The position numbers were made by a program, and so were the translations under genes. Shown in pieces: positions 37,101 through 49,700 of a DNA stretch of 64,000 nt. Within the stretch, counting starts at the first letter, position 1, and every line of letters starts with the position of its first letter. The notes beneath the pieces were generated by a model. The model ran no database searches. It was not told where the DNA came from and saw only the letters and a program-made list of their open reading frames with translations. The stretch covers positions 129,394,001 through 129,458,000 of the forward strand of contig OZ296649.1 in the NCBI GenBank assembly GCA_965655095.1, given 5' to 3'. This DNA is from Haplodiscus bocki (taxonomy: Eukaryota).

Positions 37101-38760
37101 CTGTTTGTGGCGACATATCAAACAACAAATGACTGTAAAGAACAGCTGTTTTGTCTTGACCCCAATGGACTAGCTCTAATTTTAGACCCATCCGTGCACT
37201 AAGCGTATTGGTTTCCATCACAAGACGTTGAGTTTTGAATAGAACAATGTGTTGGTTTTGTAACTCAACATTCCTGTCTAGTTTATTTTGATCGATTTTG
37301 TTGCTTTTGATGTATGTGGTGTTCCACACGCGATGTCTTCCAGCAGTGGCAAACACAACCAAAGTCCTTGAAGTGCATATGCATTCAAATGAAGAGTCAA
37401 AATGTTAAAAGGTACTTTTTATTGTTGTTTTTCACCGAATTGATAAAAGAAAAGTGTATATCTCGAACAATCTCTAGATTTGCAGTTCTTTTTACATAAC
37501 ATCGTATGGTGACTGATATTGTGAACAAAAATAGTACTTTTGGCTATAAATTTGTTGAGTTTTTCCTTTTTTGGGCCCGTAGTAAATAAATTGCAGTTTT
37601 TGGTATCGGACGGAAGGACCATAAATAATAAGACACGTTTTTTTCAAAGAAACTAACTTGTTGATACTCATAGTGGGAGTAAAATGTATCTTGCTGCTTA
37701 ATTCAAAACCGCTTTGCAAACAGTTGATTTGTGACAGGTTTTTGATTGATGATTGTCGAAAATCAACCAAAGATAATCAGTAAAGTGACCAAAAGTTGCC
37801 ACAACAGTGTAATCAGAGGTCAGAAACGTGCTTGACCTAAACAACGCCACGATCTTTTCTATCGATTGCTGTCGTCAGAGACATTTTTGCCTACCATTTT
37901 TTCATAATCTTGACCAGTCAGCAAACTTTTAGGATCAATTAGTCAAAACTGAATCGCATAAAAAACTGATTCATTCTAAAAGTGTTAACTACGTAGTTAC
38001 TGACAATACACTTCACGATTCAAAATAGAACATTACAAAAGCTGTTTTGTCCAATACCAAGCAACCTTGTCCTGTCCTCTGTACAGTGATGTGTGATTGT
38101 GTGTCGGAAGGAGTTTCCCGGGCAAACCCGCCTTTCTTCGTCTGTTTCAGTGTCAACAAGATCTCCGAGTTTGGGACAGCCATGATCGTCCCAGTTTTCC
38201 AACTAATTACTAAACAAACTGCCATTAATCTCGCAATTTTTGGTTCTTTTTGCAAAGTTTTGACACTTTACATCTCTTGGAAGAACGTTGGAAATCTGAG
38301 TGTAATCCAAGCATTCACTGCTCCACACAATTGTTTGCAAAAGTTTTGAACACAAGATAGCTTGTTTTGTGAGATTTTACTCTTTTGTAGGACGAAATGA
38401 GTATCCCTAAAGTTTCCTATCATTGGAAACTCCCAATTCTTTAATGATGTTTATATCTGCCAGCTCAATATCTAGCACAATGCAAAAAATACTGCTTCAA
38501 TAGTCGACAGAGTTCACATTGGAAGGTAGAAAGAATTCTACGTACACGCAAAGGAGCAGTCTTGTCACGTGACCGAGTAAACAAGAACTTAGTCCTCATC
38601 CAAACATGAACCAGTAGCCTGGACCTTAGCCACAAAAAGTGCGTGCACTGATCCAGTGGCATCCTATAATCTAGCGAAAATTCTAAAATGGTTAAGGACG
38701 GTAAAAGTAATTACTTTTTGAGTTGTATATTTTTTCGGATGCTAGAAGGTCTGTTCTTTA
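34130..38760 (-). mobile_element. Highly eroded Maverick relic A (HD/GPGY protein, exonuclease-like gene, ATPase, hypothetical, core-like, MCP, protease)
   Basis: Manual minus-strand translation gives protease VGEH*ILIA..FADSL (~34130-34420), MCP GFMLYGKL, FIIPP, YPELVGEP (~34430-35750), ATPase TAGRHR..HLLFDMSPQTDARLRYC (~36960-37680) and ENWDDHGCPK (~38020-38480). No TIR or polymerase recognised. Confidence 0.75.
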
Positions 38761-38779
38761 GTTCTAAGTGATTTCTTTC

Positions 38780-41700
38780 GAGTCAGCAATCAAACTTCGT
38801 ATCAAAATTTTGTCAAATGGTGACTTTTCATGCTTCGCTGGTTTCCTTCAAACAGAATTACTATGCATTCGCAAAGAAACCTGATAAAATCTTTTGGGCG
38901 AGACTGAATGAGAAAAAACTTGAAATTTGTGGGAAAATGATTGGAACACTTGGAGAGTGGAAAAAATTCGTTTGATCATTGTCCAAAAACGTTGATTGTT
39001 CCAGCCGGTCCGAGATGATTTTTTTGACGGAATGGATCCGGTTTTTGTACAGTAACGTAATCGATGCTCTGTTTGTGGCGACAAGTCAATCAATAAATGA
39101 CTGTAGGGTAGAGACTTTTCGTGCTTACTCAATTGAACTATCTCGGATCCGAGCCCCAATTGTGCACTAAACATATTGACTTGCATGACATCAAGGGGGG
39201 TTTTGAAGAAATTAATATGCGTTTTCTGGAGCTCAACCTCTTGCCCAAATTTGTTTCGATGCAACATGTTTCGCTTGATGTAAATAGACCTCATCCGATA
39301 GTGTCTTCCAGCAGTAGCAATAACAACCAACGCTTCTAAACAGCAAACCTCTTCACATGAATTGTCAGAGAAGAAGAAAAAGCTTGTACCGTTTTTTAAC
39401 GATTTTTAAAACTCGAAGTTTACACCTTGAACAAACTAAAGACTTCCAATCGTTTTTTGCATTACATCGTTAATTGCCTGGGAATGTTGATGAAAAAAGT
39501 AACTATATCAACTTTTGGTCCGAAGGTTGAAACTTTTAGCCAAAAATAAACAAATTGTGACTCTCCAGTCTCGCATGGTTCAACCAACGCTGTAGAGTTT
39601 CGATTTTTTGTTGAAATCAACTTGTTCAATAGTTTTGGTTAGGGAAAACGAAATATCATGTACTATGCCAAAATCCCACCCAAACAGTCGATTCGTCAAA
39701 CATTTTCGAAAATGAAATTTCCAAAGGCAACCAAAGATAAACCACAAGGTGACAAAATGTTGGGACAAAAAGACAATCAGAAATCTGCAAAAGGATTGTA
39801 CTAAACATGAACAGTATTTTTTCTCCTGATTCTTATCGCCAAACACGTTTTTGCCTAGAATGATATAATCTTCTTGATCAATCATCTAGTTTTTGCGTTC
39901 AGTGTTCCAATATCTAATCTTGGAGAAACAAGGTAAAACTTGATAACATTAATTATGCTGATACAGACGAAACAAATCAGAATTCAATTTTTAGAAATTC
40001 AGTTGCTACACTTTCCAGATACTAAACAATTTTGCTTTGCGCTTTGTAGAGTGAAGTGTACTCTCGTGTCGGATTGGCTAACTCGATCATTTCCAAAATT
40101 TCTCATCTGCAATTGGAGATGAGACTGCGCATTTCAGGATTAAAGTTATTGAAGTTTAGAGCAGGCGTGATCAATCTCATTGAGTCAACTTCTTAACCAA
40201 AAAATGCCAAAAATCAGATTTTTTTAATCTTTTTTGCAAAGCATTTAGCTTTTAGGTCTTGAAAAAGGAAGTTGGGAAGAAGCTCATTTCAATCCAAACA
40301 TAAAGTGTTCTACACATTTTTCTGCAGTTTCTAGTAACCCAAAACGGTTGCTTTACTGGTTTTTATTTTTTATGGACGAAATGAGCATCCCAAAACATTC
40401 TCGACAAAAAAAATTCGCAACTCCTTGCTGATGGTTTTATTGGCTAGCTCAGTAACAAGTTTCAAGCATGACAAACTGTTTCAATAGTTGACAGAATTGA
40501 AAATGGAAAGCTTAGATAGTTTTACGTAAAGGCAAAAGTGTTGTCAAGTCACTTGACCAAACAACGATGACTTTGGTCTTCTTCCAGCAATTTAGCAGTA
40601 GCCTTGGTTTTTACCAGTATGTGACTGCACTGCGTTGACAACATCAAACAGTGTTGCAGGTAGTTTGATTTCTACAAGCAACAAAAACGGTCTTTGTGAA
40701 CTATTTTGTGTTCAATTGACCTTTATACTCATGATTAGTTTTGCAAATTGCTTGAAAGAAAGAGAACGACTTTTCTTGATTGAAATTTGTTCAACTATGA
40801 ACAGTTGTTTCATCCATCGTTTTTCATTGAGTGAAACATATCTCAGAATAAACCAAAATAAATACTCTCTTTGCCAAGACTGTTGGGTTTTCTGTCTGTT
40901 TTAGATCGACTTTGATATCTTTAGGTACAAATGATATCCGTAACGGTACACGACAATGTTTAGGTTGTCTGTATCGGTGTTGTAGTTTTCACATATACTT
41001 CTCCAATCATTCAGTTTCGTCTTTTCTTACCAGAGGTTCTTTTTTGGGATCAGTCTTTTCAAGGTCCAATAATTGTTGCATTTCAACTACAGTTAGTGTT
41101 AATTTTCGGCAGAAGTTTTTGGAGTTGTAAGTGCAACTTTATATAGTTCTCGTTTTGTCCTATTTTTGGTTTTAGTTTGACGAAGACGTCTTTTTGTCTC
41201 CAACTTACTCTGATGCGAAATGAAAGGTGATTGATTAGGAGCAAAAAAGATGGAGTTACTCTTTATAGAACATTACAAATGGACTGACTAACAATAACTC
41301 TATCATTGACAGTATGCTTTACTTCCAGTAGACATAAAATTCCATCAAATTGAATTTCACATGGAAAATTTTATGAACTTTTCTTTCCTGTTTTTTTGTT
41401 GCAAGTAATCGAAATTGAGCATATCAACTCTCTGGATTGTCCAAACTGTAAAGCAGCATAATCACAAAAACTTATCCGTTAGGACGTCAGTGACCCTGTG
41501 AACACCCTTGAGCTCTTCATCCATGCCTTTGTACAATTTTTGCGTCTGTGTGGGGACAAATCTTGTTCTCCATCAAAGTTCTTTTCTGCACTGACAAGCT
41601 GCTTCCTCAAAAAACTTGACTTTGTTGATTATTGACTCTCCAATTGAATCAATTTGTAACAGTTGAAAGTCTTTGTTTTCATCTTTTTTGAAAACTTCGA

Positions 41701-41830
41701 ATTGTACAATCAACTTGTCAGAATGTTTTTTTGGACCCGGAAAATCACTCAAATCTGTCTTGACATTTTCCAAAGTCTACATAGTCTGTACAAGTAAGCT
41801 TGTCCATGGAAATGGTAGTTTTGTAAACCA
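38780..41830 (-). mobile_element. Highly eroded Maverick relic B, same family and gene order as relic A
   Basis: ATPase IATAGRHY..HLLIDLSPQTEHRLRYC (~38830-39630), small TM protein (~39640-39885), exonuclease-like relic (~39990-40470), HD/GPGY-family relic (~40480-40900), and a possibly PC4-like ORF DKLTCTDYVDFGKCQD..FEVFKKDENKDF (~41300-41815). Confidence 0.7.
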
Positions 41831-44800
41831 ATGTTTTAGGTTGTTTAGATAGTACACTGGTATCTGAAAGAAGTGATTTGTTTTCAAAATGAAAAATGAA
41901 GAATGCTTTTCGAGCTGCAACCCATAGCCTTTTTCTGCTTTTGTGGTCACTGTCAAGTGATTTTCAATTTGGGAAGGTTCTGTGTTTTTTGTTCCTTGTC
42001 ATGTGGGACTATCTCTTATGGAAAGTCCTTCCCTTTTTGGAAGGCTTCCTCAAAAAATAGTGCAAAGGGCAGTTCATCTCACTCAACGAAACACAGAAGT
42101 GAACAGAGTGCTCACCATTGCAAGAAAAAAGGCTCTCCAGGAAGAAATACAAAAGTCTTTCATTGAACTCTTTCAAAGAGACTTAATCAACGCAATTGAG
42201 TGGTTCAGTGTTTGCAGAAAATAATGAGAAAGTTGAGAGGATTAAAGTTGTAACAGAAAATATAAAGATTTAGGATTGCTTTCCAAAGGGTTATGGTAGA
42301 GAGACCAGTATTTTAGTAACTCTTAAAATAAAAATGTTATACACATAGCGATTTTTCATATCCGAAAAATCTGTATTTGTCAAAGGGTGGTGGAAAAGAA
42401 CCATCACAGCCATCATCAGTCTCACAACAAGGAAGAAACCAACATAAAACTGACTCCACCGTTTATCAGGGAAAATGTTTGAGAACTCGTTGCAATCTTT
42501 ATTCAATTTAGACATTCTTGTGCCAAAACTTGAAAGTTTAGAAATCAAACTCTGAATCAAACAAATTAAACTGCGGCCCAGTTTCAAAAATCATTTTTCC
42601 TTTCCGTCACATTTTGAAAATAGTTCAAAAAGCACGAAAGTTAGAGTCAAAAATTACACAACGCAATGCCGAGCATCGCAAGTCTGGTCACTAAATTTGA
42701 CGTGAAGGAACCTCAAGCTCAGCTTCCGCAACCTCTGTCGTCATCTGAACATACGCAAAGACGCAATGAACAGCCTTCGTTATCCCACCGACACAACGTC
42801 CATCTCATTGAAGTACCGGAATATCTGAAAAAACTTCCTTGAATCTCAAGGACAAGCAAAAAGTTTGTGGAGCTGCTGGAAAAAGCAAAGAAAAAGGACT
42901 GCACCGCCACTTTCGCAGAAAGACTCCGCAGCTAGTAAAAAGTTGTCAATGAAAGCAGACCTCAACCTCGGAATAGGAGACACCTTGAAGACCACACTGA
43001 AGTTGATCTTGTTCTTCTCCAAGAGAAAGTTTACAATAAACAAATGTCAGATCACGAACGCAACGTGGTTATACTCATTTAGAGGAGATAAACTGAGGAA
43101 CCCATGATACGCGAGTGTCAGCCCGATAAGAGTCCGAAAAACTCGCCGAAGAAGTACCCTGCTCAATGAGTGAAGTACTCTTAAACTCAACTCCCATGAG
43201 TGGAATACTACACATGGTGGAATTACTGCTATGGATTTTGCCTCCCAAAACCAACAAAGGAAGTAAACTGCCAGCATTCATTAAGATTACTAATTGCAGG
43301 AGCCCTTTGGCTGCCTGATTAACCTTAAGCAGACTTGCACGGTACTGATTAACAACGGACGTGGAATATGCCACTGCGATTTCAGTAAGTGGCTGTTCTG
43401 AAAAAGCAAAACGATTGATTCAAAATGGAACCACCAAGATTTTCATAGTTCCAGTTTTTGAACCTATGCATTGGCTGTCATGTCTCCAGAAAAATTTGTA
43501 CCTCAGTTAAGCAACTCTTTTATGGAACAACTTTCCAATTGGCAAAATTGCTGCACCCATAATGTGGGCCAACTTCAAGACAATATTTCCACAGCATTTG
43601 GACGACTTTTGCTATAATTTCAAGTTTTTCGAGACTAGTTGTATCCATCATTTCTACGGGCTACAAACATTTAACGACTTCTGATCAGCCGACATGAAAT
43701 GATAGCTGAAATCTGAGAACATCAACTGCACCTAATTTCTGAAGTGGAACGCTGAGTGTTTTAGGAAAATTTCGTTTTTGAAAGACAGGTTCTTCCCCTT
43801 AGTGGAAGTTAACTGATGTAGAAGAAGCTTCTTCTTGGCAACAAAAATATGAACTGTTTTTGAACAGGTCATTTTCTGAAATTAGCATCTTTCGCTATTC
43901 TCCCGTTTTCAACAAGAAATGGATCTGAGATTGCGACTAAAAAAACGAAAAATCTTCCTTGAAATGGGAGAAAGGTATTCATGGATTCGATCGACGCAGA
44001 GATTTTTTCGGTTTGGCACTCGAAGTTACACAATATCTGTCCGGAAGCGTCCGGATATTGGAAATAGATGATTTGATCAATCTGCTCAACCTGAATTGGA
44101 GTTTCTTGCCGCGCAGGGAATTTCCCACCTAACAGAAGGAAAACCCAGAATCTACCAAAAGTCACGAGGTAGAGGCTGCTTGGCTGAATTTTTGACGGTG
44201 CGTGTCTCATGATATGTCTACTCTTTTATCATAGGACAACTGGGCATTTTCGAACAATTGGTGACACCACGTGATTGTGATCCAATTCTGAACATCTTGC
44301 TCCGTAGCAAAGTCCTGAGTCCTATCTGTGAGAGATGTGCCTGTAAGTGTTGAAAAAATTGGCAAACAAACCTAAAAAAAGCAGCATTTGTCGCTTGGAG
44401 CTATAAAAAAAAACACAACATTTGATGTAATTCCTAATTTTTTAACGATGACGAGTGGAGCAGGTCTTTTGGTAATTAAAAGACACCAAAAAGCAGGAAC
44501 ATCAGGGAAGAGACCAAAATTCTAGATTCCTCTACAATTGGGGATGGCAAAGAACACCAATGTGAAAGAGCCAACCCGGCTCGGCTTCAGTGGTGCCCAG
44601 CATCTGCGGATCCATCAAATTCTTGCCCGCCATTGGAAACGACTACCGGGGTTGGGTTTTTTTCTGCGTATCCTCCATTCCCGATCTTATGACTTCTCGA
44701 AGTGCGACTTCTTTCGAGGAGCTTAATGGCGGATCGTGTTGGTCAGAACATACATGCTTGTTTTGACCGGAACGTGAAACTGTTTCTGACGACTTTGTAT

Positions 44801-46799
44801 AGTTTTGGCAAAGCAAGTTTTTGGCTTGAATAGCACTAATGATGACTATCAACTGTTTGAGAGTGATTTCTCATTGTGAAGAAACTATTGCAATCATTAC
44901 ACATCATCAACGCTCCATATGTATAACAAGACAATTTATGTAGTTTTCAAAACTCTAGCTAACTGAACACTTAAGAAAAGTTTTGTTTATTTTTTCAGGA
45001 GAGTATTGCGGAATATTTTGCGGAAAAGAATTGCCATTAATCAATTTTTGTGTCCTAAATATAAAAGCTCCCGACGTTCTGTGTGATGGTGTGTACCAGT
45101 CAAAATAATCGGGCCAAAGATTGAAATTTGATTTGCAGAGTGTATTCAAGTTTTTGCGACTATCTTCCGGCAATTGTTTCATGAAAAAATTTTCAGAAAC
45201 ATTTAACACGTAAAAGTCAGGTCATCACTTGTGATTCAAAGACGTTTGCTCAACAGCAAGTAACATTTTTTGTTAAAAACGATATCAACGGGATCAGAAA
45301 ATGGATTGGCAAGGCATTATCGGGGTTGATTCACGCACTTTTTTCTATATCTGATGAAGTAAATGGAAAAAACCTAAGCTTGAATTTTTGTTTTTCAAGT
45401 TTTATTCCGTAATGTTGACGCTGTTTGCCGTGTCGTGTGAACGATAATGTAATATGCCTCTTTTGAAAAACAGAAATTGCATCACTGCTAAAAACTGACT
45501 TCACTCTGCCGATTAAAAGCTTGTTTCGTAAAATTTCAGTGATGTTAGGCTGAGTGATTTTGTCGCCCTGAAGAGAAAGATCAAGTTACAAGTTCAATTC
45601 GTTCATGTTACTGCTGCACCAAGAGGACAAACTGGCAAATGTTTTGTTTTGATGTTGGAGTAGACCTTGAGTTTGTTCCTGACGGCCAATGAGAACTTTT
45701 GAGAGATATAATTGGGCTTGACAGACTCATGATTGTGAACTGCAGTGAACTGAGCTCCATAAATGGACTGCAAAGTCGAATGAAGGCCATTTTAATCAAA
45801 AGAACTGTTCACAAAATCTGATAAAGTTTTTTCGGGAAGTTATCATCTGCCTGGCAGGGCGGTGCGTCTGCGTAATTTTTGACGTGTCGATAGTCCTTAG
45901 TAGGCCTGTGTATCCAGCGTTGGTTTTGCAAACTCTGGTACTGTTTAATGACAACCGTTCGTTGAAAGATTCCTGAGTAGCGATTTGAGGGCAAATGCTT
46001 GGGCGTTTTTGTTGTCGACGTTTGCTTGGCAGGCTGAATCGATTGCTGTCCATTTTGCAGTTTCGCCTCGTAGGTTTAGCCCAGCAATGTTTTTGATTTG
46101 ATTCAATCTTTTCTCGTCCTGGACAATTGCTTTCATATTGTTTTTCAGGCTAAAAATTAAGCGGGACGTTCGTGTCTTCACTAACAAGTCCTCAAAGCGG
46201 AGGACGGTTTGCTCCTCCAGAAGCCTTCATGTGAAGGGGTTACCTTGTTCGTCGATCAAGAAGTAGCTTTTGTGTTCCCACAAGTTTTTTGGCAACATTC
46301 GATGCTGCGTCCAAAAACTAGTGCAAAGTCCACTTCTGGTACGTTTTTCATCAACCTGCATGCTCAGGTTTGAAATTATTGTTCACTGAGTAGATTGGTT
46401 TGAGGTTTCTTCAAGAAAGGTAGAGAATGCTTACCGAGATTTTGGTCTGAAATTGTGACATTGATGTTGAGTTTCTGTTTAACTCTGGGGTTTACTGATA
46501 GCATGTTGAGGATAAACTGTTCTGCTAGGAGTTCAGCCGTTGTTTTTTGGCGCCATACGTTCTGCCGAAAGATAGGATGATACTGTTTCGAAAATGATTC
46601 ACTGTACTTGATGAATAAGCTAACAATGAGGATTGCATAATGATCATGAAGCCAGGCCCCAAGTTGATTTAGCAGCTTGGTCGGTTTACCAATGACTGCC
46701 TTTTTTGTTTATTTCAGGTCCCAGAGGTTATTTAAAGAGTTGTTCTAGCGATAAATAATGGGAATAGAAATTTGTTCTTTGCCACTTTGCCACATGGGT

Positions 46800-49700
46800 A
46801 AATCCGGTGACTATGTAAGAACCGATACTTTCACTCGCTGATACCAACACCTTCACTGTTTTTGGTGCGTGATCGCTGCTAAATGTCCGGGTAGTTTTGG
46901 TCTCCCGAACGCGTCCATTTTTCCGAGGACGCTTCTTATTATTGAAAATTCGCCCAGCAAACCTTCGTTGTTGTTGCCCAAAATGACTTCTAAAGGGCCG
47001 AACAAAATAATAGCATGTTCATGATCACCACTGCGTCAACTGTCTCCACTTTAAACCCTTCTTTTCTATGTGCGTCGTGTTTACAAAATGGCCGCCTAGA
47101 AACCAAAAAATTTGCAAAGTACAAGCATGGCGTGATTGAAATCGTGAAAATGGTTTGGTTATCCGCAGAAAGTAGCCAAAACGTCGTAGTTCTGTTGAAA
47201 CTGTGCAGCCAGTAATTTTGTTTGCATCATCTTCATCGAACATCATGTCTTCTGCGATGAGATTCTTTCCTGTAAACTTTGTTTGATGTTTCATGGAGTT
47301 GCATTAGCCCAATCGCACTTTGAAACTGCAGCTCGTATGCAATTAAAGATTCTTCATTGCGCGGTCAAATAACCATTTATTGCATCACTGGCATTAACGA
47401 TGTCCTTAAGAGGACGCTTGACCATGCCGTTTGAATTAGCCGTTTAATCTACAGTAATGTGCTCTTTGTTGTTCGTGAAAAAAAGCGGTTCCGTTGCAGA
47501 CACCGAAAAACGGTATTCAGTTCTAGTAAAACCAGCCTATCGCACAGGTGAAAATTGTTTTCACCCGCCTTGATTCTTTGAAGGTTTGCCAGAATGCAGA
47601 GCTTAAACCGAAGCTGGCTAGAAACTTTGCTCCGCGTGACATAATTCATTTCATGAAATCAAAACAGCGACAGAAGCAAACTTAAGTTTACTTCTTCCTT
47701 AAGGGTGAATACACCACGCGGCTACAGTGGTGTTGAGGAAGCTATCATGCCTAAAGTTGAGAGATGCAGCATTTCCTGGTTTGCTTTTTCTGGTTCATCT
47801 TTAGTGTTGACCTCGCTCCTCCAAAAAGCGACTCAGTTTTCGCGACTACGCCGAAACCATGTGTCAACGAAGTTCTTCTACCTAGATCGTGACGTTGTCA
47901 GAGTTATTGCTGAGCAACTAAAACCCACTAATTTTTGCAGCTACCTCAACACATAGTTTACTGGGTCCCGTCCTGGAATGGGTTGTATATGTGTTTGACT
48001 CCGAACTCTTTCTCGTTCTAACCTCAAATCCTCAGCTGTTGGAACAAATGGCAGTTCGTCAGTACCTTTCACCGTAGACTTGCTCAGATTCATATCACCA
48101 TTGCATGTCATTTTGAATCAGAGTTCACTTGAGGGTTTTCAACAATTCAAAATCTCCAATGCTGATGTTTACCTCGAGGACAACTGACTGGACTGTAATT
48201 TTCTTCATCAGACAAAAGTGAGTGATCTAATGCTCAATACTTATGAAACTCACGTAAAAAAACCATGTTGCAAATCAGCGTGCACGCTTGGTGATGAAAA
48301 CTGGTTCCCGAACAAAAAACATTAACCGGATGCTTTGACTTGAAGTTTGGCTGATTTTGTTTCTCATGTTTCCGAGTCAAATTTATTGCTGACTGTTCAA
48401 GAAAAAGCAGTACTACCGTGAAAACTTCGTGGAAAAAAGGCTTTGCAGTTGCCTTGAGGTGGGTCTCATGAGTGGTGAGTTTCCTTGACTGCAATTCTAC
48501 CAGCATGTTACTCTGACGTAGGAATGCCCCCCCAGGAACAATGTTGTTCAAGAAACCACTACGACAAAATCAGCTCGCATAATGCGTCTCCGCACCGTGA
48601 AACGTATAGGGTCTACATTTCCAGGGGAGCATAAGGCCAATCCATTGACTTTCACGAGAGTGATATGCTTGGAATATATACGGTCCATTGAGAGCTAGCC
48701 TCTGGCAAGCATAACTCGTAAGGACGGATAGTCCAACTTCAGTACCGATCATTTTTTGCTCGTCGGCAAGCTCTTTTTGTGTCAGACTTGTCTGAAAGAA
48801 AGTTACCTTGTGGGTAATCAGAGCACCCTCGGCTGATAAAGGTGTGGTCAGGAAATTCCAACAACATACTTGACCGTTTCTTCTAAAAAATTTTTATTAA
48901 AAAAATGACAAAACTCGGCAACCAGGCTGGTTTCATTACAAAACCAACCTGGTTGCCGTGTATTGTCATTTATCATCTACGAACAGTGGTACATGGACTG
49001 GTGAGGCTATCTTCAGTTGTCTCTTTTTTGGTCGTTAAGTCTTCATTTGCTGAAGATGAAAATTCAGACGATTTTCCAAATTTTGTGAATCTCGATGTTT
49101 ATTGTGATCCAAGTGACAGGCACACGTCCGGAAAAACGATGCCTCGTCTGTTTTGGGGGTGAAACACAATACACAATGTAAACTTGCAAACCAGCATAAG
49201 CAAGCGAATGCTGTAATGGCCTTTTGTGAAAAAAAGAGAGGATTGACCTGCTGGTTTTGAATTCTGTTCCAGAAGGTAGGTTAGTTTGACTCCCATGGTT
49301 TTTTGAGCCGGCTCAGTTGACATCAAATTGTACATGTAGCTTTAGTGCAAATGTCATATCTTTTCAGATTGGTTACAATCGGTATATGCTTTCCCAACCG
49401 ATTCCGTTTCTGTCATAAAAGTTGAACTCCTGGTTCCTTCATACGAAAGTTAATAAGATGCTCCCATAATGGGTCAATTGTCTGCAGTTTCTTTCGAGGT
49501 GTCGAGGTTATAGAGAATTGTTTCAATTTATGCGCGTTAACCTTCGTTTTATCTCAAGCAAAATTTTTGAAACAAATGAGTGCTTCCAGGGCTGGTTACG
49601 GGTTGGCTGCTGGCAATGCTGAAAATGCTGCTGTGGTAGGGGTACTTGGTGTTGCAGGAGATGTGGTAAACGAGACAACTTTCATCAAAACATTCTGATA

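Noticed and set aside
42660-43260. Possible small-GTPase processed pseudogene (NVVILI..RVSAR*ESEKLAEEVPCS)
   Set aside because: No recognisable G1, G3 or G4 motif; the resemblance could be chance.
43500-46700. Possible RTE-like LINE remnant on the minus strand
   Set aside because: Composition is coding-like but no diagnostic EN or RT motif could be read with confidence.
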